DNA from: the human T2T-CHM13v2.0 reference genome, Homo sapiens
Length of the DNA stretch: 64,000 nt
Assembly: GCF_009914755.1 (NCBI RefSeq)
Contig: NC_060938.1
Direction: 5' to 3' (one strand)
Shown here: positions 26,621 through 40,700 of the stretch, piece by piece
Layout of the letters: each line of letters begins with the position of its first letter
Numbering within the stretch: position 1 is the stretch's first letter
Made by a program: the position numbers and the translations under genes
The notes under the pieces: generated by a model
The model's input: the letters and a program-made list of their open reading frames with translations, nothing else
Told to the model about the DNA's origin: nothing
Databases searched by the model: none

Positions 26621-28084
26621 GGAGAGCCAGCACTGTATGCTTCCAGGACTTCTTGCTAGGTGCATTAGTTTTTATTTTTAAGAGTTGGGTAAAAGACATT
26701 AATTAGTTAGCATCTCACTCATCGGCGATTTTCTACGGTATGATTTCATCCAAAGAGGATTTCTTAATCGCACTGTGTGACACCGTTAGGGGACTTAGAG
26801 TGTCACTCGCCGCCTTAAATCCTTTCGGGAACAAGCCAGGATATAAATAAATAAAGCTAGGTGTGGGTCTTCCCTTCACAAGGCGCTGGTAGGCAGACTA
26901 AAGACAGGCAACAGCTGAGTGTGCACACAGAACTAAATATTGAACGAAATACGAGTGTCGGAATAAAATTCATTGCCATGTGCACGGCTTATGATTATAC
27001 AGATCTTGGACATATCACGGACCTGAACGTCAACCCTGCAACACCGGATAAAACATCTAATGTAGCTGGAATAGACTCTGAAAGGACGTTAGGCATTATC
27101 TAAATCAAGTCCCTCATTTTACAGATGAGTAAACTGACTCAGTGAAGTATTTTGCTCAAGGTCGTTCATCAAATTAGTAGTTTAATTAACTCAGTGTTCT
27201 AGGAAGCAGGGTAGTAGAAAAGCATGGGATTCGGAGTCTGAAATCTTCCTTGGTTTCTGGTCCTTGTAGGCTGTTTTACAAGTGTATCTTGGGCAAATCC
27301 CTTAACGTCTTGCCATTTATTAAGGGCTTACTTACCACGTGGCAAACAATCCACTTTGCATGCTGTGTCAATTACATGCAGTATGTCGTGTAGTTATTAC
27401 TGTCCCCATTTTATGAGGTAGTTTAGGTTTAAAGATATTAGAAATTTACCCAAAGTTACGCAGTTATAAACATTGTAGTAATTTCAAACTCAGGTCTTCG
27501 TGACTGCAAAGGCTGCTGTCTTAAGTATTGTAATACATTAGAGCTCCGGATTCCCTCCCACTCAAAACAGAGACTGAGACTCCAACCAATTTCCACCATT
27601 ATTGGGAGTCAAACGAGAGCGACTGTGGCAATGTATTCTAAGCTGTACAAAGGTATAAACATATTCACTAGATTTGTAGAATGAAGTTATTCCTTCCCTA
27701 TACTTTCCACTACAACAATTCAGCCAAAAAGATGGCTTTCATACTAAGCATAAGAAGGAACTTCACTGTAATTATGATATTCTAACCAAGAATATATGCA
27801 TATCTAGGCAATAACCAAAGTGAATAGAATAAAATTTAATTCCTGATAGATTAAGTAGGCAATAGCAAGGAATGCTAACGCTCCTCATAGCGTTCTTGTT
27901 GGAAGAATCATCTAGGAGGCATTGGGATTTCTGGTGCTTTTTAAGCAATGAGAGATATCAGTCCACTGAATGAGGAAGAGAATAACGTTTAGTTTGGGAC
28001 TAAAAGTTCATCTGGACTACGGAAAACACGTTTGCCTCAATCAGTGAAGAAGGTATGCTGAGAGCTGAAAGAAAAGGAAAGCAG
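26300..28084 (+). ncRNA. Candidate 5' part of a divergent lncRNA (NOVA1-DT/NOVA1-AS1-like); exon boundaries uncertain
   Basis: Lies on the far side of the CpG island; TATA-like TATAAAT at about 26842; plus-strand donors AC|GTAAGC (about 26343) and consensus CAG|GTAAGT (28085). A divergent NOVA1 transcript is recalled from prior knowledge, not shown by the sequence. Confidence 0.35.
27050..27510. mobile_element. Cluster of MIR fragments
   Basis: MIR cores ctcattttacagatgagtaaactga and ccccattttatgagg...ttcaaactcaggtct. Confidence 0.7.
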
Positions 28085-29619
28085 GTAAGTTAGTGCATAT
28101 TGGAAAAGGTCTATTAACCAAAGTCCAAAATTTTGATCCGATGTGTAATGTTATGGGAAACCACTATATAGCCTTCATGACCAAAATAAAGAGGAATTAA
28201 ACATACAATTGGGTACAAATGGAGCTGTGATGAGGAAAAAAGGTTTGGAATAAGTATGTGGTATTCAAGATAGTAAAAGGCTGATGCCAGACGTTGTACA
28301 AAGTGTTCAGTGTACAAAATTATGTAAGGACGTTTTTAAATGAAAAATTACAAAAGGGCTGGTATTTGGCACTAGATTGTTTTAAAACAGTAAACAACAG
28401 TGGACAAAGATATTTGAAGGACAGATAACTCAAACATATTACACTAAAGCTCGAGCAAAGTATTCAGTAGAATGTAATTTTGAATTGGAGAAAGACTGAG
28501 GTTAGAATTGGAAAACCTTAGTTTAACAAATTTCTAAAAATAAAATATATCTAACATAGTTTAGAAAATATTTGGCATTGCCATGCATCAGTTAAGTTGA
28601 AAAAGAGCTTGTAAGTTAAATTGCTTTACAGATACATGCTATTAAATAAAAGTCACACTGTATTCTTATAGTATTTATTTGACCCTTCTCTGATTTCTTT
28701 CTTCAGACTTAATATTTAAATACTATTATACCTATCACTCCATGGGGCCCAGAAATGGTAGATATAATTTTTAATGTGGATGGGATGCTGAATGGTAACT
28801 TAGGTATGATATGCCAGGAATCACAGAGACTATCCCAAGACCTAGTCAGACATCAAAGTATCAGTCAGCTACGAACTATTAATAATCTGGACAATGAAGA
28901 TTATCAGAGAATACATTCTAATTAAGCTTCCATTTTTTAGTATATTTTGTTGTTTTTTTAAAAAAAATTATACTTCTACATCATTCTTATTGCATATCCC
29001 TATAATTCTGATTAAATGGACATCACAAACATTTTACCCTTCGTTTTCTGCATTTTGTATCAGCTAATAAAGCTGAATAACTAAAAATGTACAGTAGATC
29101 TCAGTTTATTAATATTTGGTATGATATACCTTTTATGCTACAAATAAACTGTTAGAATATACTTTTTAAAAATATAATAGAAGCGTTTGACCTTTTCTCC
29201 AAAAAGAAATACAATTTTATTTTTTAATTAACAAAGCAATTCAGCTCTACTAATTTAATAATATTTATAACACCTTAAGACACCATAGAACTTGTGTTAG
29301 TTATAAGCAACTATGATAGAAAATGATATTAATATGAATAACAAAATCCCTGTTCTTTATTGTCTTTTATTGAGAGAGTTTTCTTCCTGTTTCAGGCTAA
29401 GTAATATAGACATAAGATTTTCTATTTTCAGTAACAATGATTGGCTTTCAAGACAAAGGACAGATAGTTGATATCCACAGATATCCCTAAACTCACTTTG
29501 TCTCCATTCTCTTGCTTTTCCTACAATCGATCCTGTTACTCAAAACATAATACAAAACATAAATACTCCCACTACTTGAATGTCTCTTGAACGCTTTGGG
29601 AAAACATTTTCTGAATTTG

Positions 29620-29732
29620 TGTCTCACCAGAAGCAGACCCTGATTTAAAGATTCAAGTGCAAGCAATGTATTTTGGAAATAATTTCAGGAAGCACAGTAG
29701 GACATGGGAAGTGAGGCAGGGAAGGGAAGGAA

Positions 29733-29766
<34 letters not shown>

Positions 29767-30150
29767 GTAAATTGCCAAGCAAGTTGTCATTGTTTTTAAT
29801 CTCACTGTGATTTTCTTGGAGCCAGTTTAAAACACTAGCCCTAGAACTATCCCACTGGAAGTGTGAGAAAGCTGAGGTATATATGTACTAGCTCCCTTCA
29901 GCCATTGGTCAAGATCTATTCCTAGTGGCATTAACTCAATTCATGCTGGCCAGTCTTCAACTGCCAGCACTGCATCTTTTTCTGAGCACTTTCTCTGGTC
30001 ACTGGAGTCTGCGCTGCCTTTACACAGGCTGGAAACAGTGGGGCATTAATTCCTCCTGGTGTCAGAACATCCCCACGGTGACAGAAAATCAGGCCAGTGG
30101 GCCCTAAAATGATAGAGCACAGACATATGAGTGAGGCTCTACCAGTTCGT
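29620..30150. mobile_element. Old MaLR LTR (MLT1K/L-like) with internal A29 run
   Basis: ccagaagcagaccctga...gattcaagtgcaag...caggaagcac motif. Confidence 0.6.
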
Positions 30151-31736
30151 TACAAGTATCAACCTAAATTTAGGGAAAAAGAAAATGAGAAGACTGTTAA
30201 TAGAAGGTATTGTTGGGAATTAAATAGTAAGGATAATGAAATAATTTGGAAAGCTTGAAGTACTGAAAAAAGAAGGCTTTATAATTTCTATAATTCAAAT
30301 ACTGTAACCAAGCACTGAGTGTAAAAAGCCTGAATAATTTGTTTTCTCTGGGCTCTTCACAAACAAATTTTTAATTTTTTAAGGTATAAGTCATGAAGAA
30401 TCAATGTATGTATTCTGATTTTGTTGTTGTTATTGTTTTGTTGTTGCTGTTCAATGTAGCACAAAGAAAATAGGAGCAAATATATACCAAAAGATACATG
30501 ACCTATCCCAATTCTTTTATAACAAGTTCTATAAATAGACGTATTGATTAGAAATACTTTTCTAAGATTTCACTAATAGAAAAATTATTTATTGTACTTT
30601 ACCTTGTCAAAAATTAAACAGTTTTCATGTTTCTCTACTTAATAATAAATTCACTATTGGTGGATATGTTTATAAAAGTATGAAAGCTCACACTAATTTA
30701 TATAGAGAGATAAATGTGTTCTATACTATTTCAAAGTCCCCAAATCTTAATATTCCAATTGTAAATATGTCATCCTAATAGATATGTTAGGATTAGAAAG
30801 AATACTAAATTCTTTGGCACTGAATATGCTTCCTTGGTTTCTAATGGATCATTAATTTTTCTAGCACTTTTTCTAAATATTATGAAATGTATCATTTCGT
30901 ACTTTACACACTTGACTTAAAGGCAATAAATCTGAACTAAGACTACACAGTGCAATAAAAAGGAACTTCATAATAATTGTATAATGGTTATGTAAACATT
31001 AGGGGAAGCTGGGTGAAGGGTACAGGAGAACTTCTACTATATTTGCAACTCCTCTTTAAGTCTAAAATTATTTCAAAATAGTTAAAAAAGGAACCTTGAA
31101 TTGATGATCTGGTTATGACTCTTCCACGCACTAACTTTGTGACTTACAGTAGCTTAACTTCTCTGAATTTTAATTTTCCCATCCATATAATAGGAGACTT
31201 GATAGATGCTCTGTAAGTTCCTTTTTCTTGAAAAAAAATAGTATATTTTCTACCATTTGTAGAATCTGACAAAGAATATTATCAAAATCAATGTACATAA
31301 TATGTACCTTACCAGGTATTTTTAAATGAGTTAGCAGTACACATTTTGATGATGTACCGTTAGGCACAATGAAAAATAAATACAAAGGAAAACAAGATTA
31401 ATGTAAAGAATATATTCAACATACTTACTCTCTGTATTTTTGCATTTTAAAAACAATAATACTTATTAAAATCTACAGTTGAAAATACATTTTCTTGGAA
31501 CCACAGTTCAAAATGTGATAGTTGCATCTTTTAAAACATTCGGATGTGAAAAATTTCTGGAGTAAAACAATGAAAGATAAAGATGTTAAGATATAAAAGG
31601 AGAAGAAAAACGATCTTAAAAAAGAACTACAAAAGTAGACTAACAAAGCAATAACTGACTAGTATTTATATGTTTTGTCAACCAAGTTTTAAATCACTTG
31701 GACTGTATACCGTATATACTGTATTCTGATAAAGCC

Positions 31737-31852
31737 TAGGGTGACTCCAAGTCCAATTGCCCCCAAATGATCCTAGCTTAGGCCAGATGTCCCAGAACAA
31801 TTGTTAATACCCTCAAAATTGTCCTAACTTAGATTATTATATGGTCACCCTA
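31737..31852 (-). mobile_element. hAT-Blackjack MITE (MER94-like)
   Basis: Terminal inverted repeats tagggtgac...gtcacccta. Confidence 0.75.
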
Positions 31853-33594
31853 ATAATACTCAAGAGCTATGACTTTTTGTTGTGGACCTTTCCATTTTAA
31901 CCATAAGATTTTGTGGATTCATAAGATTACTTGACGTTGCAATTCCTCTATGTGTAAATAATAGAAATATTTATCATAGTTCACTCTTATGCCATCATTG
32001 TGGTGTAATAAATTAGTACATTGTCACATCACCTTTTGTGATGTTCTTAGCTAGAGCTAAGTAAGGCCAGAGATCAAAAATAGACATAGGAATTGGTAGA
32101 ATATAATTTTTTAAATGTATCTTTTCACATTTAAAGATGGAAACAATCATTTTTATAGGATAGCTCCTTCATTAAAAAATACTGTATATAGGAAAATGAA
32201 GTGAATTGAAGAAATAATAAATGAGATGTTATAAATATAATGAAATGCAGCTTCAAATGATAAATAGTAAACACACAGATGGCATCAGGGAATAGTTTGC
32301 ATTATGGATTATTCAGATTTCTTATCTGTTTACTTCCTACTACTCAAATAAGCAACAGTATTTCTTGACTTCTGGATAAGCTTTTAATGCCTCTGGTCAA
32401 GGCTCTTTTCTAATGTAGTTTGCTATTTCCAGTGTTTATTACAGGTCAAATAATAAAAAGTTATAACAAGATTATTTGTGTTTATAAGTAAAATAACAAA
32501 TTGGCATCCTTGTATATTAAAAAAATACATTACCATAAACCATTTGGATGTGAAAAACATTACCATAATCATTCCTAGATTTTGCCTTAATATTTAATCT
32601 TTTGGTTTCCCTATGTAGTCATAACCATGCTAAGTCGTGAGTGTGTAATTTACATCATATAATTCTAAATTATTGTATCCATGTATCATTTCATATAATT
32701 GAGAGCAAATTGAGCTTACTTATTAAAAAATACCATTTACATGTGGATGTATATGTGCATATATATATATACAGAGATTGTGTGTGTGTGTGTTTATTTG
32801 TATGATAGAATGAGGGAGACAAAAAGAAACTGAGTAGAGCTGTTCTAATTCTGTAGTAGCGGTAGAAAAAATAGTAAAAAAAATAGTTTTTTTTTCATTT
32901 TACCTTCTCATTATAGAAAATGTGGAACATATTCAAAAAGAGATAAAATAGTATAATGAATCCCGGGTACTATATACCCACATTCAAAACTATCAACTGA
33001 CCAATCAGGTTTCCTTTGTAACCCTTACCTCAGGATACTTTGAAGCAAATTCTGTCACATCATTTTTCTTAAAAAGTATTATAGACTTTTTAAGAAAACT
33101 AAAATATTAGATTGAAAATAATTAACAAAACTCCTTAATATCACCAAATATCTGATCTGTATTTAAATTTCCTTGATGGTCTTATAAAGTTATTTTACAT
33201 TTTGTTCAAACCTCTCCCCTAATAAAATACATGTATTGCAACTGCCTGGTATGTCTCAAATCTTTTTAGGTATACATCAGTCAAGTTTCAACTAGAGAAA
33301 TCAGAGAAATAAAACCAATAAGTATATACACATATTTTTAATTTTTATTGTTTAATATAGATAAATAGTAACAGAATAATAGTAAGGGAACTGGACTACA
33401 CAATTGTGGGCACTGACTAAGCAAGCTCAGTGTCAGGAAGATAGAGGGGGAATGGAGAGCAATTGCAGGCCCAAATGTGCTTGGAGTCTCCACTTTCAGG
33501 AGGAACTAGTCACTTTGGTAACTAACCTCTTAAATACCTCCTTCCAGGTACTTAAGAAAACTTTCACAGTTTGTCCAGAATTTGACTGAGGAGC

Positions 33595-33983
33595 TGATAT
33601 AGTTAGCCTTTGTGTCTCCACCAAAATCTCATCTTGCATTGTAATTCCCATAATCCCATAATCCCATAATCCCCATGTGTCAAGGGAGAGACCAGGTGGA
33701 GGCAATTGAATAATGAGGGCTGTTTCTCCCATGCCATTCTTGTGACTGTGAGTTCTCACGAGATCTGATGGTTTTATAAGGGGCTCTTCTAGCCTTCACT
33801 CAGCACTTCTTCCTGCTGCCTTGTGAAGAAGGTGCCTTGCTTCCCCTTCACCTACCACCGTGATTGTAAGTTTCTTGAGGCCTCCCCAACTATGCTGAAC
33901 TGTGAGTCAACTAAACCTTTTTTCTTTATAAATTACCCAGTCTCGGGCAATTCAGTATAGCAGTATGAAAACAAACTAATACA
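33595..33983 (+). mobile_element. MSTA-like MaLR solo LTR, nested in an older LTR/L1M; internal (cccataat)x3
   Basis: TG...CA termini, 5-bp TSD ggagc/gaagc, characteristic MST sequence. Confidence 0.88.
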
Positions 33984-34794
33984 GAAGCCATGACTTTATT
34001 TTGATAATTCTAGTCAAATTATCAAAATTTGTGTAGTCACTAGGCCTAGAATTTTCTACTTATAAAGGTCAAGTAAGAATTTAATATACTTCCTATCTCA
34101 GGAACATTAAACATGTAGTTTTCATGTGAAAAGTTAAGTTTGGGTCTTTTCTATACCTTCCAAGAATCTACTTAATATGTTCAGTAAATCCTCTACCTTC
34201 TTGAGCTCATGGAAGACAGTTACAAAAAATTATTATCATTATTTATTGAATCTGCCATGTGTCATTTCTGGTATCATTTTGGCTATCTGCTTTTTCTCTT
34301 TAACATGGATCAAATTGTCCTGCTTTTCTGCATGTAATTTTTTATGAGATACCTGTTGTTGTGAATTTTATCTTGTTAAATGCTGGATGTTTTTGTGTTC
34401 CTATAAATACTCTTGAGCTTTCTCAAGGGATGTGGTTCTTTAGAAAGTGGAATTTTGGGGTCTTCTAAGCTTTATTAGGTGGGACCAGATCACCATTTAG
34501 TAATGGGCTAATTTTGCTGTGTAACTGAGGGAATATCCTCTGAGTACTACAGCTGATGCATAATGAATTATGAGGTTTTCAACAATGTGGGTGGTGGGAA
34601 CAAGAACAATTCCCAGAGCTGTGTGAGCACCAGGTGCTGTTACCTCTAATCCTTAAGTAGTTTTCTCCAGTGCATGTGCTGATTAGTACTTAGCTGAAGA
34701 CTCAAAGGGACTCTTTCACATTTCCAAAGTTTTATTTCTGTGGAGCTCTTTTCTCTCAGTACATTGCCACCCTGTGTATTCTAGCCATCCTCTT

Positions 34795-35385
34795 TGGTAT
34801 TTCCCTAAAAAGTTAAACATAGAATTCCCATATGACTCAGCAATTCCACTCCTAGATATACACACGAAAGAATTAAAAGCAGATTTCCAAACAAATACTT
34901 TTACATAAATTCATATAACAGCATTACAATAGCCCAAAAGTGGAAACAACCAAAATCTCCATCAACTAATGAGGGAATAAGCAAAATGTGATAGTCATCC
35001 AATGCGAAATCATTGAACCATAAAGAGGACTTAAGAACTTATGCATGCTACAACATGAATGAAGCTCAAAAACAGTATGTTAAGTGAAAGAAGTCAGATT
35101 CAAAAGGTCACATAGTACATGATTCCATTAACATGAAACGTACAGAATAGATAAATCCATAAAGACAGAAAGACTGTTTCTAGAGGCTTGGGGAAATGGT
35201 AAATGGGAAATGACTGCTTAATGGATTTGAGTCTTCTTTTTGGAGTGATGCACATGCCTTAGAACTAGATACAGGTGATAGTTACACAGCATTGTGGATG
35301 TAAAAAGTACCAATGAATTGTGGTATACCATAAAAAGGTTAATGGCTAATTTCGTGTTATCTGAATTTTACCTCAGTAAAAAAAA
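34795..35385 (+). mobile_element. L1MB 3' fragment
   Basis: catatgactcagcaattccactcctag...aagtgaaagaagtcaga... Confidence 0.8.
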
Positions 35386-35849
35386 TGTAACTCCCTCCGA
35401 TACTCTGCACCATCTTTCCAGAATCCTCTAATTATTCTCTACAAAGAGATTATACTGTGATACAAGTATTTAGCACAAGCCCTATGTTTATAAAGGTTAC
35501 ACCCAATGTAAAACACATAATTTATGAAAGAAAATATGAATAATTTTCCTTAAATAATATTTTGACAAGAATTAAAAGCTAAACAGAAGCATTTTGTGTG
35601 TGTATGTGTGTGTAGTATTCTTTCTTCTATCATTGTAGAATGGCCAGATAAATACAATAAATACGTTTTCATTGAACATAAAGTATATATCCTCGTGATG
35701 CATTAATAATGCATTTGTGGAAATTCTTGAAAGATTATTTCTTCACTCATTTCATATTTGAAGAAGAAGGCTAAATTAGGGAGGTGTCAGAAAGATAAAG
35801 ATGAGAAGCAGTATTATATACCATTACCATTTTGTAGAAAAGCCTTTGT

Positions 35850-36530
35850 AGCATGAGGTAGTAGAGTGTAGTGATTAAGTATACACCCTCAAATCAGATT
35901 ACCTGGGTTTGTGTATTGTCCTCTTACCTACCATGTGACCTTGGACAAGCTGTCCACCCTTTGTGGCTCAGTTTATTCACCTGTAAAATCAGAATAATGT
36001 CACCTGCCTTTGCTACAGAAAATAAGTACTCTATCAAAATTTATACTTCCCCTTGCACAGTGTAATGTTATTTTTGAAGGATGGCTGTGTGGCCAGGCAC
36101 TAAGTTTCTGAGCTTCCCATGCATTCAGGTATGACCACGTGACTATTTCTCACTAAGAGAGTGAAAGTTGAATTGCTGTATACCACTAAAGGCTCATGGT
36201 TTTCAAGAAATTATAGTGCCTTCTTCATAATATTTTCCCCTTCCATCAATCAGCTGGAAGTGGTGAACAATAAGGCTACTAGTCCCTGAACCATAATATG
36301 AAAGAAAGCTGCCTATGACCAAAAATGCCTTCACTGGACTAGTATGTGAAGCAGGGAGGGGGTAACATCTACTATGTTACACTACTAGAATTTCGGGGGC
36401 CGTTTGGTATAGCAGTAGGCATAATCCTAATATTATATATTAGGGTTATGAAGATCAAATGGATTAATGTAATAGTGCTTGCTTATAACTGAGCTTGGCA
36501 TATTTTAAGTGTTTGCTAAATGTTAGCTAT
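35850..36530. mobile_element. MIR interrupted by an MLT1J-like LTR (about 36060-36420)
   Basis: MIR core ctcagtttattcacctgtaaaat; MLT1 3' motif gtttggtatagcag. Confidence 0.55.
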
Positions 36531-36539
36531 GATATTCTC

Positions 36540-37765
36540 TTTTTATTGTGACAAAATGTGAATATCATAAAATCTGCCATTTTAACCACTTTTAAGTGTA
36601 CAATTCAGTGGCATTATTATATTCACAATGTTATGCAATCTTCACCACTCTGTATTTCCAGAACCTTTTATCACCTCAAATAAAAATCTCTGCCCTTTAA
36701 GTTATAACTCCTCATTCTCCCTTCATGCAGACAAATTTGCCAATTCTAGATATTTCATCCAAGTGGAATCGTCCGATATTTGCAAATTTGTGCCTTGTTT
36801 ATTTCAGTTAGCATGATGTTTGCAAGGTTCATCCATGTTGTAGCATATGTAAGAACTTTGTTTCTCATTATGGCTGAATAACATTCCATCATAGGTAATA
36901 TCACATTTTGGTTTAACTATTTATGTATGTTGATGAACACTTGAGTTGTTTCAACCTTTTAGACATTGTGAATAATATTACAGGGAACATTGGTATGCAA
37001 ACATCTTTGTAAATGCCTATTTTCAATTTGGGGGGATATATACATACTCAGTGGAATTGCTGGGTCATATGGTAATCCTATGTTTAACTTTTTGAAGAAC
37101 AAACTGTTTTACGCAGAAGCAGCATCATTTTACATTCCTATCAACAATGTACAAGAATTCCAATTTCTGTCCGTCCATCATTAACACTTCTTTTTGTTTT
37201 GTTTTTGTTTTTATAACTATACCAGTAGGTGTGTAGTGGGATCCCTATGGATTTTGATTTTTATTTCCTTAGTCACTAATGATGTTAAGCATTTTAAAAT
37301 GTGTTTATGTGTTGATTGGCCATTTGTATATTTTCATTGAAAAATATCTTTTCAAGTTATTTGCCCATTTTTAAATTGGGCTTTTGACTTTTTGTTGTTC
37401 AGATGTGAGTATTCTTTACTTATTCTGAATACTAGTGCCCTGTTGGATATAGGATTTGCAAATACTTTCTCCCAATTTAAATGTCTTTTCATTTTCTTGA
37501 TGATGTCCTTTGATATATAAAAGTTATTAATTTTAATAAAGTCCAACTTATTTTTCTTTTGTTTTTCTTTTCATATCACATCTAAGATTCCATTGCCAAA
37601 TTTAATGTCATGAAGATTTACCCCTATATCTTTCTAAGAGTTTTATGATTTTAGATCTTATAGTTAGGTCGTTGATTTATTTTGAGTTAATTTTTGTATA
37701 TGGTATGAGGCAGAGATCCAATTTCATTATTTGCATGTGGAAATCCAGTTGTTCCAGTACAATGT
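36540..37765 (-). mobile_element. L1MB 3' fragment
   Basis: ccattttaaccacttttaagtgtacaattcagtggcatt start; degenerate ORF2 C-terminus. Confidence 0.85.
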
Positions 37766-40700
37766 TAACTATTCTTATGAGTTATGGAAGGTATCAGAGT
37801 CCAGTATACAGTAGTTATAACTTCCTAGTGACTTGAATATCAGCATACTCTATTTCTTTTATTTTCCTTTTATTTTCTTCTTTCTTTGCTCTTTTAGCAT
37901 ACTCTTTCTAAATGAAGATTTAGAAAAGGTTTTTGTTGGTACTAATGGAGGAAGACAAAAAATGGAGAATAAAGATGAGGAAAGAAATGATAAGATTCTC
38001 TTTTATCTTGAAAAAGTCATTTATGACTATATTAACGGTATGTTCCAGAGCCTCCAAAAATTCCTGGGCACTCATAGTAGGATTCTGATATATAGTTTTA
38101 TATGCAGTCTTTATGCCCTATTCCCCAGAAGTCCTGCTACTCTACATAAGGGAAAAGCCTGGGATGACAAAGGATAAATATTTTAAGTGTTCCAGACTTT
38201 TCCATTCTACATTTTCACCTCTGTGCTCTATTAGCTCTTTCTAAAATGCAAAGCCAAAATGAAAGTTACTCCCACCATGCTAAACTACACAACAACTACA
38301 ATTTCTCTTATGCCTTGCCTTTGGTCTAACAAAACATTTTGCCTCCTAAACTAAGGAAAGATAAGAATTTTAAAAATAGAACTTAGGTAGAAACTAACAA
38401 AAAATGGAAAGCATAGAAAAATTAAAGTTTAATCTCTTCCCTGTGTACTAACAACTAAAATGTATCCATGAATTGGCTTCGTTAATACATGTTTATGGAA
38501 CACCAAGGCTTGCTTCCTATTTCTTACTTCAAATATGCCAAGGCAGCATGTTTATCCAAGTGTTGTTAGCTGGAGACAGACTTGGGATATCCCCACATCT
38601 AGGTAATAAGTTTCTCAGTTTTATTTGCAGATTTATTTCCAGCTCTCCCTCCTCAACCCCTGTTTCAATCTATATAGTTTTCATACTTTAAACCAATTAT
38701 GTGAGTCATAGACATGGTCCTATATTCCCTCAACTAATCCCAAAGATTGCATATTTTGTTAGCACAACCCTTCATCACACCCCGATCCTATGATCTCTTT
38801 TTACCTCTCACCTACTTAGCTCATCCTTTGTCTGAATTATTTTTACTAATTGGTTGTGAAGTTAGTCCTACATGCTGGAAAAGACCAACATCTTAGCATT
38901 GCAACTAAAGAGCAGTGCTCTGGGTGTTTGTGGCTGAGCATATATTCAGCAAGTGCTGTTACCGAGGTGGATTTAACGAGCCTATCAGTAGACCAGTGCC
39001 CAACATATAGTAGAAGACTAGCCTCAATAACACCATCATGGAGCATAAGGAGTAATGGTAAAGACACAATTCCCATTAAGTAAAGACCAGCCCATATCCT
39101 CATCCTTATGTTCAATTTCTGAACAGGTACTAACTACAACTCCACTAGATCCTTGGATATCTCTAGGGAGAAAAAGAGTCCCCTTCATTAAATACAAAAA
39201 GTATAATTTTTTTACTACTCTAAAGAGAGGGAATTTGAAATATGATTTGAGGTTTTTTTAGAACATAAAGTATGCAACTTAGTATGTGGAGAAAATTCAC
39301 ACTGGCTACATTAATATCCAGTCCTGGTCTCTCAAGCAGCTCTGTGGTTCTGACAGAAAATGCCATAATTCCCTGCTGGAACCTGTCTGAATCCTGTCAG
39401 CTCTTCTGACAGCCAGAAGCAATGTTCTCATCTTTTACAGTTTCTAAAACCCTTTTTCTATTGAACTGCCCAGTAAATTCCTATTTCTCTGTCAATGAGA
39501 AATCTCTGAATTTCTCAGCTTATTTGCAAAGCAGAGATGAATGACAGATTCTGAGTTTAATTACTATTGAAGTTCAGGACACTAGTTCTGTCTACCACCA
39601 CAAGCCTTTTTGAAATTCCCCAAATGCTCACAAACAGTACCCATCTAGAGCTCTTTTATTTTAGGTTAACAACTTGAAAAATGCTCTACCAACATATATA
39701 ATAATAACCAAAATACTAGGAGATATCCAATGAAAATAAGGGCAAAGTTATTTCAGTAGACCTCATAGACCTAAATTAAAAAGTTATTTCTGTAGATCTC
39801 CCTTTTAAAGACTTCCTAGTAAAGTTCACTCAGGGATGTCTGTATCTGTACCAGTTGTATATATTTTAACATTCTCTATATCGTATATTTTCTAACATGG
39901 TCTTTCTGTATTTCAATCTTTTCATAACTCAATTTGGCGTATTAAATGCTATGTCTTAACTTAATGCTCTTTGCATTCTCAGCCCTTTTGTTGACTATCT
40001 CTGTGACATTGGACAAGCACTTCACCTTTTGGGACCTTATTCATCTACAATATAAAGGAGTTTATTAAACCATTTTGAGAATCCTTATAGTTCTGACTTT
40101 CTATAAGAGTAATTTGAAAATATAAAATATGAGTAAGAAGTCAAGGAAATTTTATCTCTCATTCTTTTCTGAGGATTTGAAGAGTTAAATTTAAATCTAT
40201 TACTTTATGGGAGAATACTAACTTACAATAATATATTAATTTTAATATATTATTGATAGTCAATGAAAGAAGAATGAAGTGTATTGAAATAGATATTTCT
40301 CAAAAAATTTGTAAATACTTAAGTCACTCACACATGACGTGTGATGCTGGATTCTTTATGTAGATTTAGATATTGAATATATTCTTTCATAATGCAGACA
40401 AATATTATGTCCCTGTGATACATATAAAATGAAATTATTTGAAATAATTGCAAGCCAGAATCAATTATATAGAGGCCAAAATGTATCATTCTGTTGATCC
40501 AAATTGTTTTGCCAAGGCAATTTTGAGGTAGAAGCAATTTTGAGGGAGTTTGATTTATACAATTGATAGGTTAAAGGCTGGCTGCCTTGTTTTATTTTAC
40601 CAGCACTGTCTCCATTTTGAGCTAACATTTCAGCATAGGTAGATTTTATGTTTAAAAAATATTGTTTTCAGTGCTCTTATGAAAAATCACATAATCTAGG

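Noticed and set aside
18019-38998. 16-nt inverted match: cactggtctactgata (18019-18034) vs tatcagtagaccagtg (38983-38998)
   Set aside because: About one 16-mer match is expected by chance in 64 kb (64000^2/4^16 is about 1), and it does not extend.
39744-39800. 21-bp imperfect direct repeat aaagttatttc(a/t)gtaga(c/t)ctc
   Set aside because: Only two copies; an ordinary small duplication, not an array or CRISPR-like structure.
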